NCBI GenBank assembly: GCA_963778655.1
Contig: CAVZVA010000010.1
Location: forward strand, 960,001 to 1,024,000
DNA: 64,000 nucleotides
Reading direction: 5' to 3'
Source of the DNA: an uncultured delta proteobacterium
GTDB lineage: Bacteria; Myxococcota_A; Polyangia; Polyangiales; JAFGIB01
Below, one piece after another: positions 19,643 to 29,790 of this stretch (position 1 is the first letter of the stretch; every line of letters starts with the position of its first letter). The notes under the pieces are model-generated. The model made no database searches, had not been told where the DNA came from, and was given only the letters and a program-made list of their open reading frames with translations. The translations under genes and the position numbers were made by a program.

Positions 19643-20866
19643 TCACTGGGTGGTGGACGCGGGCAGATACACGCAGACCGCCCGGGTGGCGGCGGCAAAG
19701 CCGCCCCGGTGATCGCGCATGGTGATGAAGAAGCGCACCAGCTTGCCCTTGACGGGCAGCTTGTCGGTGACCGCGGGGCCGTGCCACTCGACCGGGCTGT
19801 CGAACTGCGTGCTCTGGCCGGTCCCCATCGGGGTGCCGGCGTCGCCGGCGCCGCTCCACAGCGTGAAGCGACGCTCCATGCTGCCCAAGGTGGTGTACAC
19901 GGTCAGCTCCAGGTCCTCGTAGCTCTTGTCGGGCAGCCGCTCGCGCTTGTCGCCGTCGTAGCGCAGGTCGACTTCGTGATCGCCCGGAAGGCGTGACGGC
20001 AGGGTGTGCGACTCCGTGGTCTTGTGGCCGGTGGCCGTGTCCATGAAGCAATCGTCGTCCGCCGGCAGCGGCCTCGGTGGCGCCAACCACATGGAGCCGT
20101 CGACGCAGCCGTCGAAGCAGGTGGTCAGCGCGGCGATGTCGGGATTGTGGTTCTCGTCGGCGGCCTTGTGCTGCACCGGGATCTGCGCGTTGATGCGGAT
20201 GGTCTCGCCGCTGTTGTTCTCGCAGCCGAAGATCTGCGGGTCGGTCGGGTCGATGTAGGCCTCGCCGCGCTCGCAAACCACGCCCAGCAGCAGCATGTTG
20301 GCAGCGCTGAAGTCCGCCGGCACGTCAATGTCGGCGCTGGGGTCGCCGTCGATGCACTGCACCGAGACCGAGCCGTAGTGCACCAGCGACGAGGGCAGGT
20401 CCTTGCAGCGGAACCTGCGCGCGGCCAGCGGCAGCGCGGCGCTGAGATCGATCGGCCCGCTGCCGCTGACCACGTCCAGGAACTCCTGGCACACCGGGAC
20501 GCCGCCGGTGAAGCGCGCCGGGGCGGTGCAGCTGATCAGCATGGTCTTGCTCTTCGCCGTGGTGCCCTTCTGCGACGGGAACACGGTCAGAAACGACACG
20601 TGCGCTTGCTCGCCGGGCTTGGGCGTCGCGCGCGTCTCGTCGCCCACCACCTGCACCTGCGAGCCGAGGATCCGCATGTGGGTGATCGCGGTGGCCTTGG
20701 GTAGGTTGTCGTTGCAGCCGAGCGCGAGCAACAGCAGCCCCAGGACCCAGACGAACGCAACCCACCAGTGAGCGAAGCGAACCCCGCGGAGGGGTGGGGC
20801 CCCAACGGCTTTGCCGGTGGGGCGGGGAGGGCGCGTGCCGTCCCCGGCATCGAGAACCCTGCTCAT
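19643..20866 (-). CDS. Hypothetical lipoprotein coupled to the TonB-dependent receptor
   Basis: Lipobox ALGC, ATGA overlap with the upstream gene, and C-terminal RDHRGG. Confidence 0.75.
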   Translation of the reverse strand: MSRVLDAGDGTRPPRPTGKAVGAPPLRGVRFAHWWVAFVWVLGLLLLALGCNDNLPKATAITHMRILGSQVQVVGDETRATPKPGEQAHVSFLTVFPSQKGTTAKSKTMLISCTAPARFTGGVPVCQEFLDVVSGSGPIDLSAALPLAARRFRCKDLPSSLVHYGSVSVQCIDGDPSADIDVPADFSAANMLLLGVVCERGEAYIDPTDPQIFGCENNSGETIRINAQIPVQHKAADENHNPDIAALTTCFDGCVDGSMWLAPPRPLPADDDCFMDTATGHKTTESHTLPSRLPGDHEVDLRYDGDKRERLPDKSYEDLELTVYTTLGSMERRFTLWSGAGDAGTPMGTGQSTQFDSPVEWHGPAVTDKLPVKGKLVRFFITMRDHRGGFAAATRAVCVYLPASTTQ

Positions 20867-23679
20867 AGCTCACCCCGCAGACCGAGCACCGGCAGAATCG
20901 GCAGGCCCCTCACGCTCTGCCGCTGCCTGTACTCGTAGTCGTAGACGATGCCTTCGGAGTTGGTGGCGTTGTAGGCGTTCTGGACGTCGAGATAGAGCGC
21001 GAGCTTCCACGCGCTGAAGGTCCACTGCTTTTCCAGCCGCACGTCGAGCCGGTTGAACAGCGGCTCGCGCACGGAGTTGGTGGGCCCGAAGATCGGTGAG
21101 TACAACCCGGTGACGGTGTTCAGGTTGGCCCCGATCACCGGCGTGCTGGGATTGCCGGAGACGAGGCGAAAGGTCAGACCGGCCTCCCAACCGCGGCCGA
21201 GACGGTAGACGCCGGCCACGGTGAGGATGTGGGTCTGGTCGAAGTCGAACAGGTCCCAGCGCTCGCCCGCGTGGTCCTTGCGTTCGCTGCGTGAGAGTGT
21301 GTAGGAGAGATAGCCGAAGAAGCGCCCGCGCGGCTGGATCCTGGCCGAGACCTCCAGCCCGTAGACGCGGCCCTTGCCCTCGTTGGTGAAGTACGGAGCC
21401 TGGCCGAGCTGCGTGCCGACTACCCGATCGAAGAGCTGCTTGTAGAAGCCGTCGACCCCGACGGTGAAGCCCTCCGCGAGCGTGTGATCGGCGCCCAGAT
21501 CGAGGTGCACGGTGTGGGTCGACTTGAGGTGCGGGTTGCCGAGCTTGGGCGACGACTCCTGCGGTTGCGGCGGCTGCGAGAAGACCCCTGCGCCCGCCTT
21601 GAGCGAGGTCGACTCGGTCAGCTTGTAGTGCGCCGAGGCGCGCGGATCGTAGCTGTAGCCCTTGATCTCGGAGTAGTAGTCGGCGCGGCTGCCGAGGTTG
21701 AACAGCCAGCGCCCCAGCGTGAGGTCGCTCTCCAGGTAGACGGCCGGCTGCGCGATCAGGAAGTGGTCGTTGGCGGTGATGCGGTCGCGGTTGCTGAAGG
21801 TCGCAGCGTTGGGGTTGTTGGCGTTGGGATTGCCTTCGCTCTGCTCGACCGGGGGGCCGCTGTAGGCGAACTGACCCGGCAGGAAGAACAGATCGAGGCC
21901 GGCGATCAACCGCACCTGGTCGCTGGCGCGGGCGCGCCACTCCGCACGGCCATAGATATCGTTGCCGGAGCTGTTGAACACGAAGGCGTTGCCGAGGCCG
22001 ACATCGACGTTGACGTAGCCGACGGCGACATCGACGTCCTGGTCGATCCGGTCGTTGATCTGGTGGCGCCACGATCCGTGCACGCGGTGGAACTGCGAGC
22101 CGAGGTTGAAATCGCCCGTCACCGACGAGTCCGAGTCGACCGGCTGCTGGAACAGCAGCTTGAAGCGGTCGCTGCTGCCGTACGCCATCAAGCGCAGCTT
22201 GTCGTGGTTGCCCGGGTGGTAGGTGGCCATCGCCTGGTAGTCGTAATAGACCGGGGCCGCGATGGTGGAGAGGTTGCTCGGCGCCAGCGACTCGAAGACG
22301 GTATCGAAGTAGCTGCGGCGGGCCGCGATCGCGACCTCCGCGTCCTTGCTGACCGGGGTCTGCACCAGCAGCGAGGCATCGATCAGGTTGATGTCCGCGA
22401 CGCCGTGCAAACGGTCGCGCGGGATCTCGGCTGCGCGCACGTCGATGATACCGCCGCGCCTGCGGCCGTAACGCACCGAGAAGTTGCCGGGGTAGAACTC
22501 GATGCTGTCGAGCATGCGCGAGTTGATGAAGCTGGTGAGCCCGCCGAAGTGATACAGGATCGGGACCGGCAGGCCTTCGAACTGGGCCTGGGTGTCGGTC
22601 GGCGCGCTGCCGCGCACGATCAGCTGCCCGCTGCCCAGCGGGGGGCGCGCCACGCCGGGCATCAGCTCGACGGTGCGCAGCGCGTCGCCGCGCGTGCCCG
22701 GGATGCGCGTCAGCTCCTGCTTGCCGATCACGCGCCGGGTGACCTCGCGCGGCGGCGGCTGCACGCGGGCGACCGCGCCGAAGGCCTCGGTGTCGACCGG
22801 CTCGATCAGCGCGTAGGTCACGCTGGTGGCCTCGCCGGCGTGCAGCTCCTCGGGCTGCTCGCGCGCCGAGCGTCCCTTGGCCTCCACGTGCACGGTATAG
22901 GTGCCGGCCGCGAGCCCGTCGAACGTGAAGCGGCCCTGCGCGTCGGTGGTCGCGTGCGACGCTGGTGCACCGCCGGGGGCGCTCAGCGTCACCTCCGCGC
23001 CCGCGAGCGGCGCCTTGTCCTCAGCCGCGACCACCTGGCCCTCGAGCCGCGCGGGCGGCGGCGGGGCCTCCGGCGGCGGTGGGGGCGGCGCCACTTCTTT
23101 GAATTCGAACACGTAGGGAAAGTGGATGCGCGCCGCGATCGGCTGGCCGTCTTTGAGCGCGGGCTCGAACTGGAGCTGGCGTGCAGCGGCCAGCGCCGCT
23201 TCGTCGAAGCCATGCCCGGCCGGGGTCACCACCTTGAGGTCTTTGACGCTGCCATCGGTGTTGATCACCATCTCCAGCTCGACCGTCGCGCCCAGCCCCT
23301 GGGCTTTGGCTTCCTCGGGGTAACGGGCCTCCACGAACTTCTTGAGCTTGGGTGGGCTGAAAGTGTTCGCGGGGGGCGCCGCCGGCTGGCCTTGCACCGG
23401 CTGGCCCTGTGCCGGCTGGCCTTGCGGCGGGCCGGGTGAGGTCGGCGCCGGCTGGGACGCCGCGCCGGGCGCTGGCGCGGCGGGCACTTGCGCAGGAGGC
23501 TGCGCGGGCACCACCGTCTGGGGCGGCGCGGTCGCCGGTGGAGACGACGGCGCCTGCGACTGCGCCCCCGCGTCCGGGCGCGGCTGATCGGCAAGCGGCT
23601 GGGCCCACAGCGGCGTGCCGCATAGCCAAAGCGCTAAACTCACTGCCGTTGCGGCCGCCGCGCGGGAGGATGCCGACAT
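20863..23679 (-). CDS. TonB-dependent receptor with N-terminal TonB-C and carboxypeptidase-regulatory-like domains
   Basis: YPEEAKAQG...FDEAALAAARQLQFEPA (TonB-C), IPGTRGDALR plug, YHFGG, FSVRYGR, and C-terminal LPVLGLRGEL barrel end. Confidence 0.9.
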   Translation of the reverse strand: MSASSRAAAATAVSLALWLCGTPLWAQPLADQPRPDAGAQSQAPSSPPATAPPQTVVPAQPPAQVPAAPAPGAASQPAPTSPGPPQGQPAQGQPVQGQPAAPPANTFSPPKLKKFVEARYPEEAKAQGLGATVELEMVINTDGSVKDLKVVTPAGHGFDEAALAAARQLQFEPALKDGQPIAARIHFPYVFEFKEVAPPPPPPEAPPPPARLEGQVVAAEDKAPLAGAEVTLSAPGGAPASHATTDAQGRFTFDGLAAGTYTVHVEAKGRSAREQPEELHAGEATSVTYALIEPVDTEAFGAVARVQPPPREVTRRVIGKQELTRIPGTRGDALRTVELMPGVARPPLGSGQLIVRGSAPTDTQAQFEGLPVPILYHFGGLTSFINSRMLDSIEFYPGNFSVRYGRRRGGIIDVRAAEIPRDRLHGVADINLIDASLLVQTPVSKDAEVAIAARRSYFDTVFESLAPSNLSTIAAPVYYDYQAMATYHPGNHDKLRLMAYGSSDRFKLLFQQPVDSDSSVTGDFNLGSQFHRVHGSWRHQINDRIDQDVDVAVGYVNVDVGLGNAFVFNSSGNDIYGRAEWRARASDQVRLIAGLDLFFLPGQFAYSGPPVEQSEGNPNANNPNAATFSNRDRITANDHFLIAQPAVYLESDLTLGRWLFNLGSRADYYSEIKGYSYDPRASAHYKLTESTSLKAGAGVFSQPPQPQESSPKLGNPHLKSTHTVHLDLGADHTLAEGFTVGVDGFYKQLFDRVVGTQLGQAPYFTNEGKGRVYGLEVSARIQPRGRFFGYLSYTLSRSERKDHAGERWDLFDFDQTHILTVAGVYRLGRGWEAGLTFRLVSGNPSTPVIGANLNTVTGLYSPIFGPTNSVREPLFNRLDVRLEKQWTFSAWKLALYLDVQNAYNATNSEGIVYDYEYRQRQSVRGLPILPVLGLRGEL

Positions 23680-23804
23680 TGCGCGGGTCGCAGCGTATAC
23701 GGCCGGCGGCCGCAGTAAAAGGGCGCTGAACGGCGTACGAGCCGCGCAATGTCGTGCGCGCGGTTGCGCCGTTCGAGGGGGCGCGCTAAGAGCCGGCCCT
23801 TGTC

Positions 23805-24908
23805 ATGAGCCTCTCGGTCGGCATCGTCGGGCTGCCCAACGTCGGCAAATCGACGCTGTTCAACGCGCTGTCGAGCAAGCAGGCCGAGGCGGCCAACTAC
23901 CCGTTCTGCACCATCGACCCCAACGTGGGCGTGGTGCCCGTGCCGGACCCGCGCTTCGACGCTCTGGTCGCCCTGATCGAGCCCGACAGCCGCGTGCCGG
24001 CCACGGTCGACTTCGTGGACATCGCCGGGCTGGTACGCGGCGCCAGCCGCGGCGAAGGCAAGGGCAACGCGTTTCTGGCGCACATCCGCGACTGCAGCGC
24101 GATCGCGCACGTGGTGCGCTGCTTCGAGGACCCCAACGTGGTTCACGTCGACGGCCGTGTCGATCCGCTGGCCGACATCGAGACCATCAACACCGAGCTG
24201 ATCCTGAAGGACCTGGAGACGGTGCAGAAGCGCCTCGATCGCGCGCGCCGCGCAGCCAAGGGCGGCGACCCGCTCGAGCGAGCGGCGGTCGCCGCGTGCG
24301 AGCGGCTCGAGCAGGCGCTCGACCAGGGCAAGCGCGCGGCCCAGCTCGAGATCGAGGACGAGCGCGAGAAGCTGGTGGTGAAGGAGCTGCAGCTGATCAC
24401 CGCCAAGCCGATGTTCTACGTGTGCAACGTGCGTGAAGATCAGCTGGCCGCGGCCGATGCTGATCCGCTGGTCAGCAAGGTGCGCGGGCGCGCCGAGGCC
24501 GAAGGCACCGTGGCCGAGGTGGTGTGTGCGGCGATCGAGGCCGAGATCATGCAGCTCGCGCCCGCCGACCGCGCCGAGTTCCTGCAGTCGGTCGGCTTGC
24601 AGGAGCCCAGCCTCAACCAGGTGATCCGCAGCGGCTACCGCATGCTCGAGCTGATCACCTTCTTCACCGCGGGCAAGAAGGAAGTCCGCGCCTGGACCAT
24701 CAAGCGTGGCGACAAGGCGCCACAGGCGGCCGGAAAGATCCACACAGATTTCGAGCGCGGCTTCATCAAGGCCGAAGTCATCGGCTGGCAGGATCTGGTC
24801 AGCCTGGGCAGCGAGGCGGCCTGCAAGGCGGCCGGCAAGATGAGCACCGAGGGCAAGGAATACGTGGTGCGCGACGGCGACGTGATGCACTTCCGCTTCA
24901 ATGTGTAG
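23805..24908 (+). CDS. ychF: Ribosome-binding ATPase YchF
   Basis: GIVGLPNVGKSTLFN, ANYPFCTIDPN, DIAGLV, IHTDFERGFI and C-terminal FRFNV. Confidence 0.97.
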   Translation: MSLSVGIVGLPNVGKSTLFNALSSKQAEAANYPFCTIDPNVGVVPVPDPRFDALVALIEPDSRVPATVDFVDIAGLVRGASRGEGKGNAFLAHIRDCSAIAHVVRCFEDPNVVHVDGRVDPLADIETINTELILKDLETVQKRLDRARRAAKGGDPLERAAVAACERLEQALDQGKRAAQLEIEDEREKLVVKELQLITAKPMFYVCNVREDQLAAADADPLVSKVRGRAEAEGTVAEVVCAAIEAEIMQLAPADRAEFLQSVGLQEPSLNQVIRSGYRMLELITFFTAGKKEVRAWTIKRGDKAPQAAGKIHTDFERGFIKAEVIGWQDLVSLGSEAACKAAGKMSTEGKEYVVRDGDVMHFRFNV

Positions 24909-25199
24909 GCCGCACAGCGGGTGCGGGATCCGCCGCACCGCTAAATGACCGGTCGGCATGGCCGTTCGCGAATCGTGCTCGGTCCTTTGGGTGCCACAGC
25001 AGGGCGCTGGCCACCCACAGCGCGGTACAGCGGCGCCGCGTTCCACCCTGGCCAATCGGCGCGCGCGGCCCCACATCAGCCGCACGCCGAGCCGTGCTGG
25101 TCCTGGACAAGCACTCGGCCGCACACCTATGCTTGATCTTGCGGAACGCGTCCAATCGCCAGCAAAGACAGACTCTTCGCGTAGTTTGGAACCATCTCG

Positions 25200-26201
25200 A
25201 TGAGCTTGGGCTGCGCCGAGGCAAGCCGCGCAGGGCGCCGGATCGGAGAGGCACGGCGGGCCGTGCGGCCGTGGGCGGCGCTCTATGCGCTGGCGCTCGT
25301 GATCGCCGCCGCGCAGTCGGCGCGCGCGCAGCAAGCGACGGCAGCTCCCGCCGCGGCGGCGCCGGAGCTGCCCAAGGCCGCGCTGCTCGCCACCCAAGGC
25401 GCGTCCGAGGGCCAGGGCGATGGTGCGCTCGACTCCGTGATCCAGGCAGCGCTCGGCAAGCTCGGCGTGGTCGACGTGAGCGCGCGCCCCGGCATGGACC
25501 TCGGCGCGATCCAGCTCGCGATCGACTGCGTGGGCGCGACGCCTGCGTGCTTGCGCGCGGTCGCCAACCAGAGCGGCGTGCAGATCTTGATCGCGCCCGC
25601 GATCGAGCGCACCGGCCAGGAGCTGGTGCTCACGCTGCTGTACTTCGACGCGGCCGGTGACGGCGAGCAGCGCCGCGTGGTGCACAGGCAACAGGGCAGC
25701 ACGCTCGAGCCCGAGACGCTCGACGCGGTGCCCGGCATGCTGCGCGAGCTGTTCCGGGTCGCCGCGCCCGCGCAGCCCGCGCCGGCCGCCGCGCAACCGC
25801 CACCCGAGTCGCAGCCCGCGCCCGCGCCGGCGAAGCGCGGCCCTGCGCTGCTCGGGCCGCTGATCGTGGGCGGTGCCGGCGTCGCCGTGATCGGCGCGGG
25901 CCTGGTGGCCGGCGCGATCATGAAGGGCACGCAGAACGACTACGCCAAGCTGCCCGTGACCAACAAGGCGCAGGCCCAGACCGCGAGCGACAAGCTCGGC
26001 TCGGGTCGCAGCCAGGCGCTGGTGGCCAATGTGTTGCTGGGCGTGGGCGCCGCGGCGGTGGTGGCCGGCGGCATCTGGCTCGTGCTCGAGCTGGGCCACC
26101 ATGGCCATCGCCAAGAGACGCCGCCGCAGACCGCGCTCGCACCCCTACTGGGCTCGCACGCGCTGGGGCTGGCGCTGGTTCATCGGGGGCACGGCTTATG
26201 A
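25200..26201 (+). CDS. Exported/membrane hypothetical protein with Pro-rich linker and C-terminal hydrophobic segments
   Basis: Signal peptide (ARA-Q), periplasmic domain and two hydrophobic helices; ATGA-coupled to the next gene. Confidence 0.7.
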   Translation: MSLGCAEASRAGRRIGEARRAVRPWAALYALALVIAAAQSARAQQATAAPAAAAPELPKAALLATQGASEGQGDGALDSVIQAALGKLGVVDVSARPGMDLGAIQLAIDCVGATPACLRAVANQSGVQILIAPAIERTGQELVLTLLYFDAAGDGEQRRVVHRQQGSTLEPETLDAVPGMLRELFRVAAPAQPAPAAAQPPPESQPAPAPAKRGPALLGPLIVGGAGVAVIGAGLVAGAIMKGTQNDYAKLPVTNKAQAQTASDKLGSGRSQALVANVLLGVGAAAVVAGGIWLVLELGHHGHRQETPPQTALAPLLGSHALGLALVHRGHGL

Positions 26202-27841
26202 AGCCGAGCGCGGTGCAGGCGATCGGGTTGCAGATCTACGCGCTGGCGTTACTGGCCGGGCTGGCCGGCTGCAGCTTCGACGCCTCGGCCAATCCGAAGC
26301 ACTGCGGCAAGTGCAAGGGGCCGTGCTTCGTCGGTTTCTGCCTGGCCAGCAGCAGCGACGGCGGTGGCGCCGGGCAGGGCGGCGGCGGCGAGGGCAGCGG
26401 CGACGCGGCCGCGGCCGACGCCGGCGCCGACGCGGCCGCGCCCGAGAGCTGTGACACCCAGGGCGAAACGCGCTTCTGCTTCGACGGCCCCCAGCAAGCA
26501 GCCACGGTGGGGTTGTGCAAGGCCGGGATGCAGCGTTGCCAGAACGGCGTATACGGCCCGTGCCTGGGCGAGGTCACGCCGGTCGACGAGCAGTGCAACG
26601 GGCAGGACGACGACTGCGACGGCACGGCCGACGAGGACGTGGCCGGAGGCTCGTGCACCGCGGACAACGCCGAGGGCGCATGCAAGGCCGGGACGCTGAG
26701 CTGCGACAAGGGCGTGTCTCGCTGTCAGTCGATGGCCGAGCCGGCTCCCGAGAGCTGCAACGGGCAAGACGACGATTGCGATGGCAAGACCGACGAAGGC
26801 ACGGGCAGCGCCTGCTACCCCGACGGTGCCGCGGGCTGTGTCATGTCGGACGGCGCGTGGACCTGCACCGGCGTGTGCAGAGCGGGCACGCAGGCCTGCA
26901 GCGGCGGCAAGCTGGGCAGCTGCGAAGGCGCGGTCACGCCGGTCGCGACCGACCCCTGTACCACCTCGGGCACCGCGGCCGACGAGGACTGCGACGGCAA
27001 GATCGACGAGGACTGTGCCTGCAGCAGCGGCCAAACCCAAAGCTGCTACAGCGGCCCCGATGGCACGCTCGGGGTCGGCGCGTGCCAGGACGGCACCCAG
27101 ACCTGCGACACCACCAGCAACCGCTTCGGTGCTTGCGTCGGCGAGGTCTTGCCGGGGGCGGAAACCTGCCAGAACCAGGGCAGCGACGACGACTGCGACG
27201 GCACGCCCGACAACGTGCCGACCGTGGGCGACACCTGCATCGACAGCAGCAAGAAGGGCGTGTGCCGTACCGGCAGCTTGCAGTGCAAGGGCACGAGCGC
27301 TGCAGCGCCAATCTGCGTGACACCCGACCCCGCCGCCAAGGAGGCCTGCGACGGGCTGGACGACGACTGCGACGGCAAGATCGACGAGGACTTCAGCCTG
27401 CAGAGCGACCCGGCCAACTGCGGCGCTTGCGGCGCGGCCTGCAAGGACACGCAGACCTGCTGCTCCGGGCGCTGCAGTGACACCAACAGCGACGCCAGCC
27501 ACTGCGGCATGTGCAGCGTCTCCTGCGGCAGCGGCCTCGATTGCTGCGGCGGCATGTGCAAGGACGAGCAGCAGGACGAGAACAACTGCGGCATGTGCGG
27601 CATGGTGTGCGCGAAAGGCTCGACCTGCTGCGGCGGAACGTGCGTGGACTTGAAGGCGGACGGCGACAACTGCGGCATGTGCGGCCATGGCTGCGCGAGC
27701 GGCCTTAGCTGTTGCTCCGGGATGTGCATCGACACGCAGACGTCCAACACCAACTGCGGTCAGTGCGGCCACCGCTGTGCCTTGTTGACCGGAGGCACTT
27801 GTCCTTGCAACGGCGGCACGTGCGGCGGCCTCTGCATCTGA
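26198..27841 (+). CDS. Cys-rich lipoprotein with C-NG-DDDCDG (putative metal-binding/MopE-related) and NCGxCG (Stig1-like) repeats
   Basis: Lipobox LAGC; repeated CNGQDDDCDG and D..NCGMCG..C. Confidence 0.85.
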   Translation: MKPSAVQAIGLQIYALALLAGLAGCSFDASANPKHCGKCKGPCFVGFCLASSSDGGGAGQGGGGEGSGDAAAADAGADAAAPESCDTQGETRFCFDGPQQAATVGLCKAGMQRCQNGVYGPCLGEVTPVDEQCNGQDDDCDGTADEDVAGGSCTADNAEGACKAGTLSCDKGVSRCQSMAEPAPESCNGQDDDCDGKTDEGTGSACYPDGAAGCVMSDGAWTCTGVCRAGTQACSGGKLGSCEGAVTPVATDPCTTSGTAADEDCDGKIDEDCACSSGQTQSCYSGPDGTLGVGACQDGTQTCDTTSNRFGACVGEVLPGAETCQNQGSDDDCDGTPDNVPTVGDTCIDSSKKGVCRTGSLQCKGTSAAAPICVTPDPAAKEACDGLDDDCDGKIDEDFSLQSDPANCGACGAACKDTQTCCSGRCSDTNSDASHCGMCSVSCGSGLDCCGGMCKDEQQDENNCGMCGMVCAKGSTCCGGTCVDLKADGDNCGMCGHGCASGLSCCSGMCIDTQTSNTNCGQCGHRCALLTGGTCPCNGGTCGGLCI

Positions 27842-27845
27842 GCCC

Positions 27846-29684
27846 ATGGTCGAGCTGGAGCCACAGCCGCGCGACCCACTCATCGGCAGCAGTATCGACG
27901 GTCGCTACAGCATTCACGAGCTGCTCGGGCGTGGCGGCATGGGCGTGGTCTACGCTGGCGTGCACGACCACCTGCAGCGGCCGGTCGCGATCAAGGTGCT
28001 CAACGCGGCCTGGGCCTCGGACCCGGTCGCGGTCGAGCGCTTCCTGCGCGAGGCGCGCACCGCCAGCTCGCTCTCGCATGGCAACATCGTCGACGTGACC
28101 GACCTCGGCCGCCTGCCCGACGGCCGGCCCTACTTGGTGATGCCCAAGGTCGACGGCACCGACCTGGCCTCATTGTACGCGCAGGCCGGGCCGCAGCCGC
28201 CCAAGCGTGTGGCCGAGCTGCTCGGCGGCGTCGCCTCCGCGCTCGACCTGATCCACGCCAAGGGCCTGGTGCACCGCGACATCAAGCCCGAGAACCTGAT
28301 GTACGTGGTGCGCGAGGACGGCTCGGAGACCGTGATGCTGCTCGACTTCGGGATCGCGGCGCTGGTGATGTCGAACCAGCCACGGCTCACCCGGCAGGGC
28401 GCGATCTTCGGCACGCCCGAGTATCTGCCACCCGAGGTGTGCGACGGGCGGCTGCCCGATCGGCGCGGCGATGTGTACGCGCTGGCCACGGTCGCGTTCG
28501 AGCTGATCACCGGCAAGCTGCCGTTCAACGCCGACAACCCGTTTCAGATCCTGCCTCAGAAGCTGGCGCGTGACGCGCCCACGCTGGCGCGCGCGAGCGG
28601 CGTGCAGTTTCCCGCCGAGCTCGAGACCGTGATCGCGCGCGGCCTGGCGCGCGAGCCCGAGGATCGCTACGGCACCGCCAGCGAGCTGATCGGCGCGCTG
28701 CGCACGGCGACCGCGAGCGTGCCGGTGTCGTGGCGTCCGGGGGTGATGCGCGTGAGTCGCCCGGACGGGCTGGCGTCCGAGCCCGCCACCACGCTCGAGC
28801 GCATGGACACCACCGATGTGCCGTCTTCCGCGCGTCAGCCGGCGGATTCGGGGTCGCTGCCCGCAGGCTCGCACACGCTCGAGGAGGCGATCGTGCCGAG
28901 CAGCGTGCCCGAGCAGCTCGGGGAGCACGTCGCCAGCGAGCAACCCGCGGCCGCTGTGCCGAGCCCGACCGCCGAGCTCGTCGCGGCCGGCATTCCGAGC
29001 TCGAAGCTGCCGCGCCGTCTCGGCTACGGTGTGGCCGGCGCGCTCTTGCTCGCCTCCGCGCTGGCCTGGGCCATGCACCGCAGCGCGCCCGAGCCCGTGG
29101 TGGTGCCCGCGGCCCCGGCCGCGCCCGCCCCGGTCGTGACGGTGCCCGAGGCGCCGGCGCCTTCGCCGGAGCCCGTCCCGGCTACCGAGCCCGCGCCGCC
29201 GGCCGCGGCGCCTGTGGCGAGGCCTGCATCCAAACCTGTGCCCAAGCCCGCGCCCAAACCCGCACGGCCGAGTGTGCGCGCCGAGTCCCCGCGGCCCGCG
29301 CATGCTCCGGCGCCGGTCAAGGCGAGCGCGCGTCCCCCCGCAGCCGAGCCGCGGCCGGTGGTCAAGCCCTCGCCCGAGGCGCCGCGACCGGCGCCCGCGC
29401 CGCCTGCCGCGCCCGCGCGCGATCTCGCGCTGGCCGCGCAGCTCACGCGCGAAGGCACCAGCGACTTGCTCGCGGGCCGCCTGGCCCACGCCAGCACGTT
29501 GCTGCGCAAGGCCACGCAAGCCGACCCCGGCTACGCGGCCGCCTGGCGCAGCCTCGGCCTGGTGCTCGAACGCCAGCACCAGGCCAAGCAGGCCGTCGCC
29601 GCCTATCGCCAGTCCCTGCGGCTCGAGCCACAGGGACTGCAGGCCGATAAGGTCCGCGAGCGCATCGCCGATCTGCAGAAGTGA
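27846..29684 (+). CDS. Membrane Ser/Thr protein kinase with Pro-rich linker and C-terminal TPR
   Basis: LGRGGMGVV, VAIK, HRDIKPEN, DFG, GTPEY, a TM helix, and AWRSLGLVL...AVAAYRQSLRLEP TPR. Confidence 0.93.
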   Translation: MVELEPQPRDPLIGSSIDGRYSIHELLGRGGMGVVYAGVHDHLQRPVAIKVLNAAWASDPVAVERFLREARTASSLSHGNIVDVTDLGRLPDGRPYLVMPKVDGTDLASLYAQAGPQPPKRVAELLGGVASALDLIHAKGLVHRDIKPENLMYVVREDGSETVMLLDFGIAALVMSNQPRLTRQGAIFGTPEYLPPEVCDGRLPDRRGDVYALATVAFELITGKLPFNADNPFQILPQKLARDAPTLARASGVQFPAELETVIARGLAREPEDRYGTASELIGALRTATASVPVSWRPGVMRVSRPDGLASEPATTLERMDTTDVPSSARQPADSGSLPAGSHTLEEAIVPSSVPEQLGEHVASEQPAAAVPSPTAELVAAGIPSSKLPRRLGYGVAGALLLASALAWAMHRSAPEPVVVPAAPAAPAPVVTVPEAPAPSPEPVPATEPAPPAAAPVARPASKPVPKPAPKPARPSVRAESPRPAHAPAPVKASARPPAAEPRPVVKPSPEAPRPAPAPPAAPARDLALAAQLTREGTSDLLAGRLAHASTLLRKATQADPGYAAAWRSLGLVLERQHQAKQAVAAYRQSLRLEPQGLQADKVRERIADLQK

Positions 29685-29790
29685 GCGTCGACCGAGCCGC
29701 GGACCACGCCGGCTGCCGTCCTGATCCTGGGCTCTTGCGTTTGGCCGAGCAGGATGGGAAGCCGTTCACGGGCTGGCTGGGGAGGACGCG

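Noticed and set aside
24909..25199. Possible ncRNA or riboswitch after ychF
   Set aside because: Only GC-rich hairpins, with no recognisable conserved RNA motif
23640..26114. 824-aa minus-strand ORF and many similar long Arg/Ala-rich ORFs (e.g. 4564-6498, 11779-13683, 21484-23439, 41027-43006, 48956-51103)
   Set aside because: Shadow or alternate frames of confident genes, as expected in very GC-rich DNA
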